64,000 nucleotides of DNA from Marsupella aquatica (lineage: Eukaryota; Plantae; Marchantiophyta): positions 10,900,184 to 10,964,183 of the forward strand of contig OZ316895.1 in NCBI GenBank assembly GCA_973895155.1, written 5' to 3'. The notes under the pieces are model-generated. The model saw only the letters and a list, made by a program, of their open reading frames with translations, was not told where the DNA came from and searched no databases. This document shows, one piece after another, positions 1 through 13,600 of the stretch. Position 1 is the first letter of the stretch, and every line of letters begins with the position of its first letter. A program made the position numbers and the translations under genes.

Positions 1-19
1 GTTGCGTAGAGAAATGCAC

Positions 20-3000
20 CGTGACAATGCTGATCAAATTTGAAAGTACGGTCATCCCTATGGCTAGAGTGGCATTTGCTCCAGCGATCTGATTTGCAAT
101 CATCAAGACACGAATTTTGGATAGTTAAAACATCTATTTCCTTTGAGTTCTAGATTGTACCGAAATCAAGTAAGCCACAGTAGTTTCACGGGAAAAAAAT
201 GGTTACAGCTTTATACTTATTCACAGAAGTAGGCCACAGCGAAGATAAAATCTCTAGACTGGGATTAGCTCTCTATCTTAATAAATTGATATCTCTCCTG
301 TCCCTGAAATCCCCAGCCTGCTAAATCTAAATCAAAGCCCAGCAAGGGTACACTCCACAAGTATGAAGTCACAACTCGTCATATCTCACACTGAGTTTGG
401 TATGGTCAGTACCTGAGTCAGGCAGACAGCACTCGAAAGTGTTGTGGGGACACATGCAAATATTGCTAGGCCTGCACAGGCCACCAGCCAGATGAGAACC
501 AACGACTTAGTAAGACACCTCTTCCAAGATACACCTCGGAGTAATTAATAGTTCGAACAATCCTAGGTCCTGTTACAACCATGCGAGATAAATGTTATTA
601 CAGTTCTGATTGAATTGTGTGAACATAACAAAAATGCACTGTCTCATACTTAAGATCCATACCTACAACAAGCTCTCTTGGTGACGACTGTAGCGACAAG
701 ATGGGAATTGCTGCCAATGGTGTGATCAGGAGAATGGAGATCTGCAAACACTCGACAATGGTGTTTTATGCGCGACAGCCAGATAAGTGCCAGTTATGGA
801 AAAATATTATCATTTTACTCGGTGTGCTATACTATAAACGACCGATAAAGGGTTGAAAAACAACAGATTCTTCCCTGTGATAACTTGAAGTGTTCTACTT
901 TGAAAAGTCCAACTTTACTCCACTGTTGCCGACTACAAAGGTTTGCCAATATGTCAATACTAATTGTATAGCTACTCCCAGCAAAACTATCATATAGAGC
1001 TCTATTGAGAAGAAAATTGTATGCACCTTGTCGTGATTCCAAGTGCCAAATAGTTGAATGAAATAATTTCTTGCAACTACCAGCAACCAGTCACTAAAAT
1101 CTCTATTAACTAAACAGGATAGCGTCCATATTTCAACCGCAGCTATGATGTCAGAGAAGCTGAAAAAATACCAGTCCAAAAATTCCTGCTGGCCATGCTG
1201 CTACACCTTGTTGACTATCCCCGTTACGTATATTGAGGCCTACAATGAATCGGGATAACAGCGATGAGATATTGAGCTGACACTGCGATTACTTCGACGC
1301 ACCATACGACCACAAGAAAATTATCATTCCTCTTCTGACTCACTCTTCAAATTTCTGACCAGGTCCCTCACGAGAAAATAGAAACCAAGGAGGATTATTT
1401 TTAAGATCGTCATACCAGAGAGTAAGAAAATGGCACTTGTGCACCACTTTGAAAGGCCCATTTGTTGAGCAGCCCGACCGGGCGCTGGCCAAGCCAGCCC
1501 GAAGATCACTGAACTGGAAAGGGCTGATGAGAAACAAAGATAAGGCAAGTGTTTTGAAAACCGGTGAGACAACCACATAAAAGAATCAGAAGTTTGGAAG
1601 AGGAGGGCAATCTGAAAAGTGTCAAGATACAAGGTCGTTACACATAGATCATCCCAAAAACAATTTGTTCCTGCATGTAGGTACTCATTTGTAGGAAGTC
1701 TAAGTGCCAATTTAGCTATTTGGTCCATACATATTTCGACTGTCAGTGATATGGGACGTCTGCCGATAGACACTGAAAGCAAACTTAGATTTCAAAGGTT
1801 TGCTGAAGCTTCAACACCCGAAGGTACAACAAAGGACTATCTGGCTATCAAAAGCTTAACCTGACAAGTAAAATCAAAGCACGGTAGAACACCAGGAGGT
1901 TGAAACAATTGAGATAGATGCTTATCTTTGCAGGATGACGATTTCAAAGACTGGGTATGACAGGGAAAAGGCAGATGCACCAACCTACTATGAGGAAGTT
2001 TGCACTAACAAATTCTCCCAAGGCTTGGATCAGTTTCGCTACTAAATTTTCACCAACGGCTTCAGCCTCATCCTCGGAGCCATCCTGCATGAAGGACAAT
2101 GTTAATAAAAACAATCAGCACAACCATGTTCCGCCCTTGTTGAGTCAACTTACCGTAGGACAAATTGTTAGGACTGTAATTGGACACTACGAGTGAGTTC
2201 TCTCAAGTAAGAAATTAGAACCAAACGGCCTTCGACTCTTGAGACATTTACAAGGCTCAATTTACCATCAAGTACCAAGGCTTGCACTCTTTCATCGAGA
2301 TATACTCTTCATGAGGAATGAGGGGAAACTGAGCACAAACCAGCTACCCTTAGTGCCAACCTTCTAGTTTTTGAAAATGCCGTACTCCGCACAAGAATGG
2401 AACTTAAAGTACAAAATCCCCACCAGAATTTCCTGGATTTTTAATGGATTGAACGAGTCAAAAGCTGGCACGCTATTGATGCTGGGTGTCAAGTTCTGCT
2501 ACAATATTTCCGAAAAAGTGACTAAATCGGATCCCTTTTAGTATGATGCTTTCCAGTATCATCAATTGTCTTTCACGGCAGAAGAAAGAAGCGGAATTGA
2601 AGTTCTGATGAATTATCTAATTTGAAGACAAGGCAGACAAACTCTCGGACAAACTTTTGACGAAAATGGTGAAAAAACAATGTTCAATGAACTGCCGCAC
2701 CCTGGACATGAGTCTAACTGAGGAAAAATCTTTACTCTTGCAAATCCCGCTATCACTTCAGGTCTATTGAATCTATTTCGGAAGCCACCAACGACGCAAT
2801 TAAAGACGAGTGGGGCCAAGAACGAGCATCGATAAACTAAACCCAATTGCGCTCCGCAATTCATGCGTAAGCCCTTGTGACATCTCAAAGGTGTTGAAGG
2901 AGCAATTCGCAACTTAGTGTCCAGTTCCAAAATTGGAGCGTAGAACGAGCAACCCCTGAAATTGGACATACCTCATAGGGGTTGGAGCAATGCAGATCAA

Positions 3001-3256
3001 TTCCTTCAAGGTTGGCTCTGCAGGTAAGCTCACTTCTTGTCTCTGGCCATGGCCCAGAAATTCTACAGTCTACACCTCCCAGACTACGAGAAAGCGGATG
3101 CAACTCAACCTTCCTCAAAGCAGTGGGCCCTCGAAAGCAAGCGGAACGCCAGTGAACTAGGCAGGATGGGAAATCTGCCGTGCAATTCTTGTTTCTGAGT
3201 TGGTAGGCAGAGATTCCCACCAAAGCAGCAACTCTGTTTGAAAGGAGAGTCCCCAT
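20..3256 (-). CDS. BASS4: Plastid sodium/metabolite cotransporter BASS4-like (SBF-like family), 5' part; continues beyond window start
   Basis: GT-AG exons on the minus strand: 3256-2972 (ATG, transit-peptide-like), 2328-2266 (tentative), 2084-1985 (..FVSANFLIV), 1523-1416 (..GLSKWCTSAIFLLSG), 1239-1172 (..AAWPAGIFGL), 741-663 (ISILLITP..PRELVVG), 471-413 (LAIFACVPTTLSSAVCLTQ), 88-20 (IAGANATLAIGMTVLSNLISIVT). These are collinear with recalled BASS4 motifs (NFLPL, WPLGLFGL, CCMPTTLSSG, GGNAALAL). Confidence 0.88.
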
Positions 3257-4206
3257 TGCCTCTCTCGGAAGGGGATTTGCTATAATTCCCCTCGCTCGTC
3301 CAATAGATGAGAAATTGCCAAATCAGCTGAGATACGTGGGAGGCCGACTCCAAGGGCTACCTTCAGAGCTACGAGAATGGCCCTCAGAAACTGAAAATTT
3401 GTGCAAATAATTGATTTTGTTTGCAGAGCCAGAGTGCAATGAAGGCCATCGACACTCCTCTCGCGAAAAATTAACGGACATAGAGGTTTAGTACAGAATC
3501 TCACTGCTCTATTGCCTCAGAACCCGAACAGGAGATCGTTAATCACAGCCCCCAATTGCCAAAAACAGAGTCAACTTGAGAGTGGATAGACCTCCGTCTT
3601 CCTGTCTGGCACAGACAGAACAGCAAGAAAGTACGCAAAGCTTGCCTGCCTCCACAGATAAAGGATGAAAAGTGCACCACATTGTGAGCCGCGTTCATAC
3701 AGTGTCGCTGTTGAATTGACCGCCAATTCGGACAAGATTGATAATTGAAAGGTGCATAAGAATCAAGTCAACGGAGGAAAGGAGCGCCCTCCGTCTCCTG
3801 CACTTTATTGCTGCTGCATTGGTAGCCTCGCAATGGGAAGCTTGCTTGAAAAGTGAACGATGGATGGCTCAAGGCCCTCAACAGACAATCGTCGAATCCA
3901 GTGGTTGCTACAATAACCCACGGAGCCTACAACCCGACCCAGGATTCCCGGATTGCTTTGCTTTTCTTTGCTTGCTTTGCTTTGCTTTGCTCATACCGTA
4001 ATCTTCGTGCAGCATATTCGTGTCACCGTATGAACATGCAATGTACTGAAGCTTTGCTACTGCGTACTCAGCTCCCTTTGATTTCCACTGTAAGTGCATG
4101 GTGGCCTTAGGATGTGGGCAGTGGCGACATTCCAATCCTCCAGAGCCCGAAACAGGGTTGAATGGGAACCTCCACTCGTATCTGCGACATCATTTTACAC
4201 TGTCCG

Positions 4207-4330
4207 AAGAGAGAACGTGTCATGTACTCAATGCAGAAATAAATGAAAATCTTCAGGTATCATTTTACACTATTCTAAGAGAGAACCTGTCATGTACTCA
4301 ATGCATAAATAAATGAAAATCTTCAGGTAT
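4207..4330. repeat. Short tandem duplication (~70 bp period)
   Basis: gagagaac(g/c)tgtcatgtactcaatgca(g/t)aaataaatgaaaatcttcaggtat occurs twice. Confidence 0.8.
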
Positions 4331-6304
4331 AAGGATAGTAAAGTTTAGGGTAACCCATCCCCAAGAGGGGCTAATGGGCTCTGATCCCCAAGGGCGCTGA
4401 GCCCAAGGGTGTTACAGCCATTATCCCCAAGTGGAGATGAAAACCGAGCGTAAAACCTGACTGAGTGAATTTTTACACAGCATTCAGTTCAGATTTACAT
4501 AGGAAAAGTGGCCCAGGGTTTGCATGGCTTCACCCTGGGGTTAATGCCCCGTAACCTTGTACACACATACAAAGGGAAAAATTCTGGAAGGGTTTACAAT
4601 AAAGTAGAAAAACCCTGAGTTTGACGGAGCAGTAAATTTTGGACCAAAGATCATTTGTGTCAAATATTATTGTTGGAAGTAAGTAATCTACTGTGCAGAG
4701 ATTGTGTGAAAATCTACCTAAAAACCCTGAATGAAATGCACTGCAAAACGCCCTGTAACAAACGTACTTGGAAACGACGAGATTTATAATATGTGTGAAC
4801 CAACAACTTAGGAAAAAAAGAGCCTCAAGCTCAATACATAAAAACAAACTTGCCTCAATTATAGCATTGCTAAAACAATGCTCCTCAAGTTCTTGTACGA
4901 AGAAAACACCCTAAGGAATGGGAATCAATGGAGAGCAAAGTGGGCACAATGGTGTACTGCAGCCACAAGTATCACATGGTTGATGCTCATTTCAAACTGA
5001 TTGATTATCTTGTAAATTCCCCCTGACGTAGCGAGCCCCAGTGAGGTTTGCCAAAACAGTTTTTAACTACATTGCCACTAAAGATGTTTAAATTTATAAT
5101 ATTGTCACTGTTTCTTTCATATTTACAAAAATGTCACGGGTTTCCGTATATAGTTCCCCTAGTTACCTTGGTAAACTGTTATCCGTATACAAAACAATGG
5201 CATTTTTATAAATACAGAAAAAACAGTGGTAGTATTATGAATCAGAACATCTTTAGTGGCAAAGTAATCAAAAGTTGTTTGCCAAAATGCACCTTGCACT
5301 ATGCATACAGTAAAGTCCTATTCAGAGGGCATTGTGGAATATAATGCCCCAAAAAGCTCAAGTTTCGAGTGGCAATTATTGCCCATAATGCTCCGGTTAC
5401 AGGAGTTTACTATACTGAAAGATTGTTAGTTTTTCCAACTTTAGCAAAAGTAGAGGAGAGTCTTTATAAAGAGGTGATCCAGATCTTTGCCGGGACAATA
5501 TGCGCCAGAATGCCCTGTAAAATACAAAAGGATAAATCACAAAGGGCATTAAGAATGGCACTAGCCACTCAGTATTGCGGGCTGGTAGGGATGCTCTAAG
5601 CTTTGGAAACACAGTACCAAACTACCTCTCCCCTCTGGCTGGCTTCTTTGAAGGCTTCCTCCTAGACTGGAGTGCCTTTTGAACAAGGCAATGGCATTAA
5701 TTTGTTGTCCTTTGACATGGTAATATATATATATATAGTATTTTTAGATCTTCAAAGTTTGAACATGCATGTTTGATTCTCTTTAAATGTGGAAAACAGA
5801 AATTCAGATGGACCACCTGGATGAATCACTACAATCCAGTAGATTGTCCTGAAACTTCTTTCTTAGGGTGCCACAAATTGTAGTCCATTTGGCCATCAGG
5901 CAAAGGAAGTGTCCTACATTTATTTCCCAGAATAAAATAAAACATTATTTGTATTATATATCAACAAATTAAAGTCTATTAATCACAATTGAATTCTGAC
6001 TCTAAGCTCTCCACAATCTGTGTGTTTAGTTGAGCTAAAGTATTACCAAGTTATCATTTTAGACTTAAGCCATTCCTTTCCGCAAAGGAATTTATCAATG
6101 ATTGGATGGATCACACCTTTGACCTTAAGGTTCCATGGGACCAGACATTCTTTCACACCCAAAAAGCTGGACATTTATTGAATCAGCTTCTAAGGACAAT
6201 GTACAATATTCTCCTTATGTATTGTATTTACAAATACATCACAATTCTTGTTGATGGTTATATTGGTGAATTTGTTATCCATATTTGAAACTGCTATATG
6301 GTGC

Positions 6305-7240
6305 ATCCACCTTTCATATTTTGTCTCATTCATATTTTGTGTCAAGTATTTTGATTTTAATGTGCCTTAACAAGGTAAATCATTTGTATTCATTTGATTT
6401 TGAATTATCTTTAGGACCCCTCTTAATTTTAGTGAACTTATAGTATTTTGAATGTATTTGGCTCCCCTCATCAAGGTTTAGTCTTTCCTTTTCAATCACT
6501 CCTTAGTGAATTCTTTTTTTCTCATGAGAGTGTAAGAAATGAATTTGATCAATGTGAACATCTAGTGTATTAAGTTCCCCTCATGGTTTACTTTGCAAAA
6601 TTTATGGTTTTAATTGAGTTGAATGTCATTACCTAGAAGCAAGTGAAAATCTGTATGTGCACAACTCAACTCTTTAGTACTTTTGTGCTTTCTTGGTCAT
6701 AATGTGATTTTATGTGCATATATTTTACATGTCCCTACTTAAATGAATTACATATCACTAGAAGACAAAAAAGAGACATGTTCCCGGATGAACATGCTAT
6801 ATATTCACTCCACCTTTCATATTTTGTCTTATTCAGAGTTTTGGTGTCATATATTTTTATTTCAATGTGCCTAATCAAGGGGCAGCCTGTGTATCATATA
6901 CATTTTTAATTAATTTATGGACCCCTTTTAATTTACATTTTTATTTTAATTATGGACCCCTTTAATTTTAGGATTCTAGAGTATTTTGAACTTATTTTGG
7001 CAGCCCCCTAATAAATTCTAATGTTTGTGATTTATTAGAAATGAAATGAAAGGCTCCACCACTTAAACAAAGTATTCTCATGAGTGAGAGAAATGATTTT
7101 GATTGTGTTTTAGATTCCCCTCATGTCTTTTTTTCCTAAATTTATGGTTTTTATTGAAATGAGTGTCATTCATGAGGACATTGAATTAAGTGCACACATC
7201 TAGGTAGCATCCTTGATTGTACTTTTTTTGGTCATTGTGC
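6305..7240. repeat. Diverged ~500-bp tandem duplication in AT-rich TE-like DNA
   Basis: tccacctttcatattttgtct at ~6307 and ~6809, followed by collinear blocks (ggacccct, tctcatgag, ttcccctcatg, tttatggtttt). Confidence 0.6.
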
Positions 7241-7801
7241 ACCAATCCTTCTAGGTACGGACCCATGAGAGGTCCCTTCCAAAATTCCTGGCACCAGAGT
7301 GTGTCACGTCAACAACAACCGCAACAAACAAGACTCATCAGTTTTATGAATCAATTTACAGTTTTCATTCGTGTTCGTGTCAATTTGGGTGTAAATTTTG
7401 GGACACCATGCCGTAAAAAGAAATGTAAAACTTTAGAAATGCAAAGAGCAAGACGGGTAAAACTGTCACTATGTAACCGTTTTAGTTACGTATCCAATTT
7501 AAACAATTAAATTCAAAGATTTAAAAAGTATTTTTCAAATAATAAACAATGACTAATAACTAACTTGATAACTTACTTGTTAAATGGTAATTGGCACATG
7601 GAGTAAGATTTCCAGCCTTTCGCAATTTAGGCAAACTATCAGCTATGGTCGGAACTTGAACTCAATGAATTGATTCAATTCATTTTATCAGACATTGATC
7701 TGGTTTCAAATGGACTTGCCACGGATTGACTATTGACTCTCGTACCTTGAGAATTTGGTTGCATGTAGCGAAAAAGTCTGATTTTGACAACTACTTGTGA
7801 T

Positions 7802-8147
7802 TGTTAGATATTGCTCTAGTCTTGTGACTCATGAGCTAACCACAGTTTGTCTAACTCGGGTTAGGACTTAGCTAATGTTAGCGCTAGTGTTGTTGTGCAT
7901 ATAGCCAGGGCTAATGCCAGACCCTGGTGAAACTTACTTAGGCTCATTGTTACGGAGCTAGTTGAGAGATAGGGAGAGCTTGTGCTGTGGATGCTTGGTA
8001 TGGCCGGTCGGCCTAGAGTGCAGTAAAGCTCTTGTGTTCTCGTGGATGTAGCCTCATGTGGAAGTGAACCATGTATCTCTCTGTGTCGACTCTTGTGAAT
8101 TGGATGGTTCATGGGCTTGCCGTTACGAATGTCATCTATGCTCAACA
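7802..8147 (+). mobile_element. Solo LTR of a Ty1/copia family related to the 48441 element
   Basis: TGTT...AACA ends with 5-bp TSD GTGAT (7797-7801, 8148-8152). The 3' half is clearly similar to the 48441-48915 LTR (gagagatagggagagctt, ttggatggttcatgggcttgccgtt, ctcaaca). Confidence 0.92.
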
Positions 8148-8885
8148 GTGATAACCATGTTGTCTACTTTGGCCTACAAAGCAAAGTATTCATGTGGCAG
8201 TTGAAAAAATGTCAACTCCTCAGTTGGGTCCACAATTGATTTCGTGAGAAAATCTAATCTAATCTAAACAATACAAACTATAAAATCTAACATATTTGTC
8301 CAATACAACATGACTACCAGCTTCTCTTCTTAATCAGACTTCTCTCTTTTGAAAGCTTAAGCGCTGCCCTTCTCCATTTGGTGAATAGTTGCGTCAAGGT
8401 CATGAGGCTATTAACCTCTAATTCAAAACTTGCCAAATTCACACTTGAGTGAAATCTCCAGAATTTCCAATAATTTGAAAGTACATAGACAAATCAGGTG
8501 ACAAATATTCTACAAAGAGGACTCAACTACTAGAAAGCTTAGGGTTCCTTGCTTAGAAAAGCAGATTTTTCAATTGATCTGGAGAAAGTAGTCTTGTCAA
8601 CTCAAATTGAGTGCCTAGGGCAATTTAGTGGTCAAATATAGTGTCATCCAATGCCCAAATCAACTAACGTAAACAAAATTGTGCCTTGGGTTTATTAATT
8701 AATGTTCTAAAATTAGTGAAAATATCTCATAGATCTTAAGTGTTTTAATGTGTGCTAGCAGAGCATTATGGACCCTTGTATGGACCATATTAGCCTCTCA
8801 AAACGCAAGCTCAAACAAGGCCTAAAAAATGTAGCCAGGGGGTCCACGAACTAATTATGTTCTCATATTTTATTTACTTTCAAAT

Positions 8886-9040
8886 CACTACAAGACAAAA
8901 AAAAATCATGCATGTTCCGGGATGAGCATGCTATATCCATATATGAAAAGAGCAGCTCATTTGTAAAGACAATAAAAACAGTGGTAGCATTATCAATTGG
9001 AACATCTTTTGTAGCAAACTAATTAAAAAGTTTATTGAAA
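8886..9040 (+). mobile_element. Possible CACTA-type terminal remnant or dispersed repeat
   Basis: Begins CACTACAAGA. Similar segments occur at ~6756-6800 and ~5220-5276. No partner terminus or TSD found. Confidence 0.3.
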
Positions 9041-9449
9041 AAAAGCAAGATCAAACGCTAGGTGAGGGCCTACAACCTAGAGCAAACCCTACTGATGGAG
9101 TGGAACAGGAAATGGGCACAGTGGTACTCACAATCTATTAATGAGCAATGTTCCATCTTAGGCTAGGTTATAGAAAGACAACCTAAGGTATTTTCCAAGG
9201 AAAAATAGAGTGGTCCATGCAGAATGTAACAATCTATGATCTAAGTATCTTGTCAACTTTATGGCTTGTGAACTTCAGTTTCTAAGGAAGGATGTTTGCT
9301 CTGAAGCCCCAATGATTTTTGAAGCTAGGATGGACTGACTCAGAAGATCAAAAAATGCTTAAATAGCACTCTTAAATTTTTTGACTAAACTGTGACCTGT
9401 AAATTGGCCCCTAATAGTTTGCAGCTAATTTCCATTAGTTTATGCTGTG

Positions 9450-9720
9450 GGAAGTTGTTGCTCATGCACAAATTACTCAGGGCGTCCCTCACAAAAGTGA
9501 AATGTCCTTCCCCAAAGTGGTAAGTTGCTGCTCATGCCCAAACTACTCAGGGAGTCTTTCACCAAAAGTGAAACATCCTTCCCTCAACTGGTAACTTGTT
9601 GCTCATGCACAAATTACTCGGGGTGTCCTTCACAAAAGTGAAACATCCTTCCCTATACTGGTAAGTTTCTCTTATGTACAAACTGGTCGGGGCCTCCTTC
9701 ATAAAAGTGAAACATGTGTT
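9450..9720. repeat. Tandem repeat, ~70 bp x 4
   Basis: Recurring gctcatgcacaaattactcaggg...cacaaaagtgaaa. Related blocks (ctcagaaatgaagagtcc) at 9960-10200. Confidence 0.75.
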
Positions 9721-10629
9721 GATAGTTGGTTTAGAATATCTGACCATTTTCAAAGCCCTCCAGTCGAGCAAATGATCTCAGAAAAATCTCAAACTTTGTC
9801 AAGTAATAAAGTGAACATCAAAGAACATGGCACTGAGAACTATTGAGTGTCCAAAATAATGCACAAGTTTGCCCAAACCCAGCATTTTACACTTGGTCAG
9901 GGAGTCTGGAAAACTACTGGGGAGTCTGGAAAAACTAATCTTCTCAAAAAACTACTTAGCGGTCCTTCTCAGAAATGAAGAGTCCTTCCAAAAGCAGCTT
10001 GTTACTCAGGGCGTCCTTCTCAGAAATGAAGAGTCCTTCCAAACGAAGCAGGTTAGTGTGGATTTCAGGTGTAAAGTGAGGAGAGAGAGTTACATAGTTA
10101 CATAGCCAACGGGGATGGGCAAAACAATCCTCGTCCATTCAGAAATGAAGAGTCCCTCCAAAAGCACCCGGTTAGTGCGGATTTCAGGTGTAAAGTGAGG
10201 AGAGCGTGTGTTACATACAGAGTCCATGGGGGAGGGGCAAAACAACCCTCGCCCATCCAGGCTTAATTTTGCCACTTGCTGTGTTTCGGTAAATTCGATC
10301 ATAAGCCCATAAAGCTGGAAGAAGAAGAATGGTGGAGCTCGTTTGACTTGGAGCCGGTTTTGATCATGTCCTCAGTATGTTCCTGTGTGTTCTAAAAGTT
10401 TTTGACAATTGCAGGCAGAGGGTCGTTAATTCTCAGCCTCAGAAACCCGGACCCACTTTCCAAGCGATGATAGTGTGATTGTGTCTGTTGCCAAACGTTT
10501 CTCCAATTGTCGACAGAATTTTACTTCCCAAGTGCTGCTAACCCGGGCATGAATGAATTAATTCTCCTCTTTCAACGCTCAAATTTCCAAACGCGTGACA
10601 AACCATAGAGGATTTCGAGAGGTTGAGTC

Positions 10630-13600
10630 ATGGCAATGGCTGCCCACACAGCTTGTGGTTTACAAATCCATCTCAGTGCTGCAGCCTCTCCTTCTTTGCA
10701 TAGGATCTGCGAGAAGAGGAGCCGCCGTCTGACTTTCGCAGGCTTTGCTGACGCCCATCTTCTCCCTGCATTCGATGGAGTTTCTTTGGTTTGTGGCATT
10801 TTCAGCTCAAGGCACAGTTCTAGAGCTGTGTCCGAACAAAACACAGTCGGAAATGGTACATACCGATGGAAATCTCTGCCAATTCGCTATCATGGCAGCA
10901 GCAGAAGTGGCCAAAGGATTCGGGTCGCAGCCTCAGCTAGCTCAGCTTCAGTGGTGGAGGAGGAGGTGGCAGAAAGCAAGGATGAAAGGGCTCTGGTGGA
11001 GGCATTGCTTGGAGTTGGGGGCCGTGGCAGGGGCATATCTCCCGAACAATTACAGGTACTATCAGAGTAGTGGAATCCGTTTCGCTTTGGATTGTCAGTC
11101 TGCACGAGCATGGACAGCCAGCTGTGCCAAAAAGGTTTTGAAGCTGAACTTTGGAACAGAATCTAAGAAACAGAGTTTTCAACATTTTCCATGTGGTTTA
11201 GAGCGAATTTTTGTGGTCAGTGAATTGTCTCTGCCTCCGAAATTTAGTTCAGAGAACATGAAGCAAAGGACACTTTTTTAATAACTGAGTAGAATTCATC
11301 AAGAATGGGACGCATTGAAGAACTTGGGCAATCTTGATGTACCAGAGCACAAGAATTGAGATGATGCAGAAAACCCAGACCCAATATACAAACAAAGCAA
11401 GCGGGAAATGTGCAGGACGAGAATTCTTACTTCAATTCTTAGCCTAATTGCCAACTAGGAGATTGTGGCTCGATCATGGGACACAGCTCTAATTTCATGC
11501 CCAGTAATGACGTAGTTCCAATTGGATGCATTGAACGTAAGCTGTAGAGTATTGGTCAGCAATGTGGCAAGGCAAGCTCAAGGTAGCATCCGGGCCAATT
11601 AACAACCCTTGGTGGGATTGTCGCCTTGCGCATGATCCGTCTTTGCCAGTTAAAAAAAACAGGCCCCTGTTTCAAGCGCCTTTCTTCTCCTCGTCGCTGC
11701 TGGTACTCTTCTTCATGGTTTTATTACGCTGGCCATTCTCATCCTTTTTCTTACCGCCCTTGGGAGCTGGAGATGCAGCATCTCCGTTCTCCGGTTCCTT
11801 CCGAGACTTGCTGGATGCGGATTTCTTGAACGAAGTCCAGCGGCCAATTTTGGCTCTTAGTCGTCGCAGAGGGTGTGCGGATACACTGGAGCTGGAGAGG
11901 GGGGAGCAGGAGGCAGAGCTGGAGATGGACATGTTGACGGAGCTGCTGAGACTGAAGTGATCAGTGTCTCTGGTGAAAATGGTGTCTTCTTCCTGTTGGG
12001 TCCTTTGAACGCCACATCGTCTGACTGGGCTGCTTCTGTTCCTGTTTCTTCTTCCTCTCTGGAGGAGCTGCAACCCCTTTAGAGCAATGGGCTCCATGCC
12101 CCCCATGCCTACAGAATGTCTTCCTTTTACTGCTTCTAGCGCTTGCTTCCTTCTGCTGCTGGCAATTCTCACTTGCTCAGTGTCCTTCAATCTGAGCTAC
12201 CAGCATGCACATAACAACCTTCACGTCACACAATTATTGCCAACGTACTAGATCCCGAGGATTGTTCGTCCCAGTGATCAGAGTACTGATAGTTGCTAAC
12301 GTTAGCATTTGACCGAAAATCCAACAGAAGCAAGGCTTGCTCCCTGCTTCAGTTTGCTTTTGTCAACGACGGTATCTGGCTATTCGATGACATGAGCAAG
12401 AGAAGATTGTGCTCACAAAGGAATTGACTCTATGTCTTGTCTACCCGCAGACTATTCAGGAGGCAGTGGATGCGCTAGAAGCAGCTGGAGGCATACAAGA
12501 GCCAGTAAGTTTTCTCCAACATGGGGCATTGATAAATCAGAATTTCGGAACAGAAGACTCTACGCAGACCTGAGAAAGGGTGATGAAGATTGACCAAGCC
12601 CATATCTTGACATGTGTTGGTTATTTTGGCAGACATCTTCGCCGTTAATTGAAGGACGTTGGCAGCTGATGTTCACAACAAGACCTGGAACTGCATCACC
12701 TATTCAGGTATTTTCTGTTGTCTGGTGGACTGTAATCATAGGTCATATCTATCTTTTGGCACTCTGTTGGGGACCACAGGCTGTGAATGTCTAATGAATT
12801 TTGCAAACTGAAAACTGCTCGCTAATTTGTCCCTCTATCGTTGTACAAATCTGGGTTGAAAGTGATTCTAAGAGACGGCCTTATGCAGCGAACCTTTGTA
12901 GGTGTAGACCAGTTCAAAGTATTCCAGGAGATCTCACTGAGCAACACTGAGGATCCTCGAGTGAACAATATCGTCAGGTTCTCAGAGTCGATTGGCGAAT
13001 TGAACGTACAGGTACACATCTGAAATCTTTTACGCAAATCCTTTCTGGTAACGGAGTTCAGCAACTGTTTTATGGAATCGACAGTCTTGTGTGGAACTTT
13101 CTGGCTGACTCTATAACAGGTATAAACAATCTTTCATAGATATTTATCAAACACATTTAATTGACAATGGTTAACCTTCCTTTCTGCTCTACCTTTAGAT
13201 AAACTTTGTAGTGACAGTTCTACGCTTGGAAGCCTTGATATCGACTTGTGTGTGAGTTTAACTGGACAAAATGGTAAACGATTTGCAATTTATGTGCCCA
13301 ATTCAAACAGTTACAGGGAGGAGGACATGGGGCCATATGTAATCCGATATTGGGCACATGAACTGCAAATCCGAACCATTTTGTCTAGTAAGACTCCTAA
13401 TCCCTCGGATTACCTACAGCCCATATCTGAGGAGTGGCTTACGTTTCTTGAACCTAACAGACATTCCGAGGAAGAAATTCAAAAGCTATGAGAAGCTCGG
13501 GTATTTAGAGTGCAAACTACATGCGTGACGTTCTCTTCTATATCGCACTCATCACTCTTGTTCTGTCATGGAGGTTGTAGAGTTTTGAACCTCACTTATT

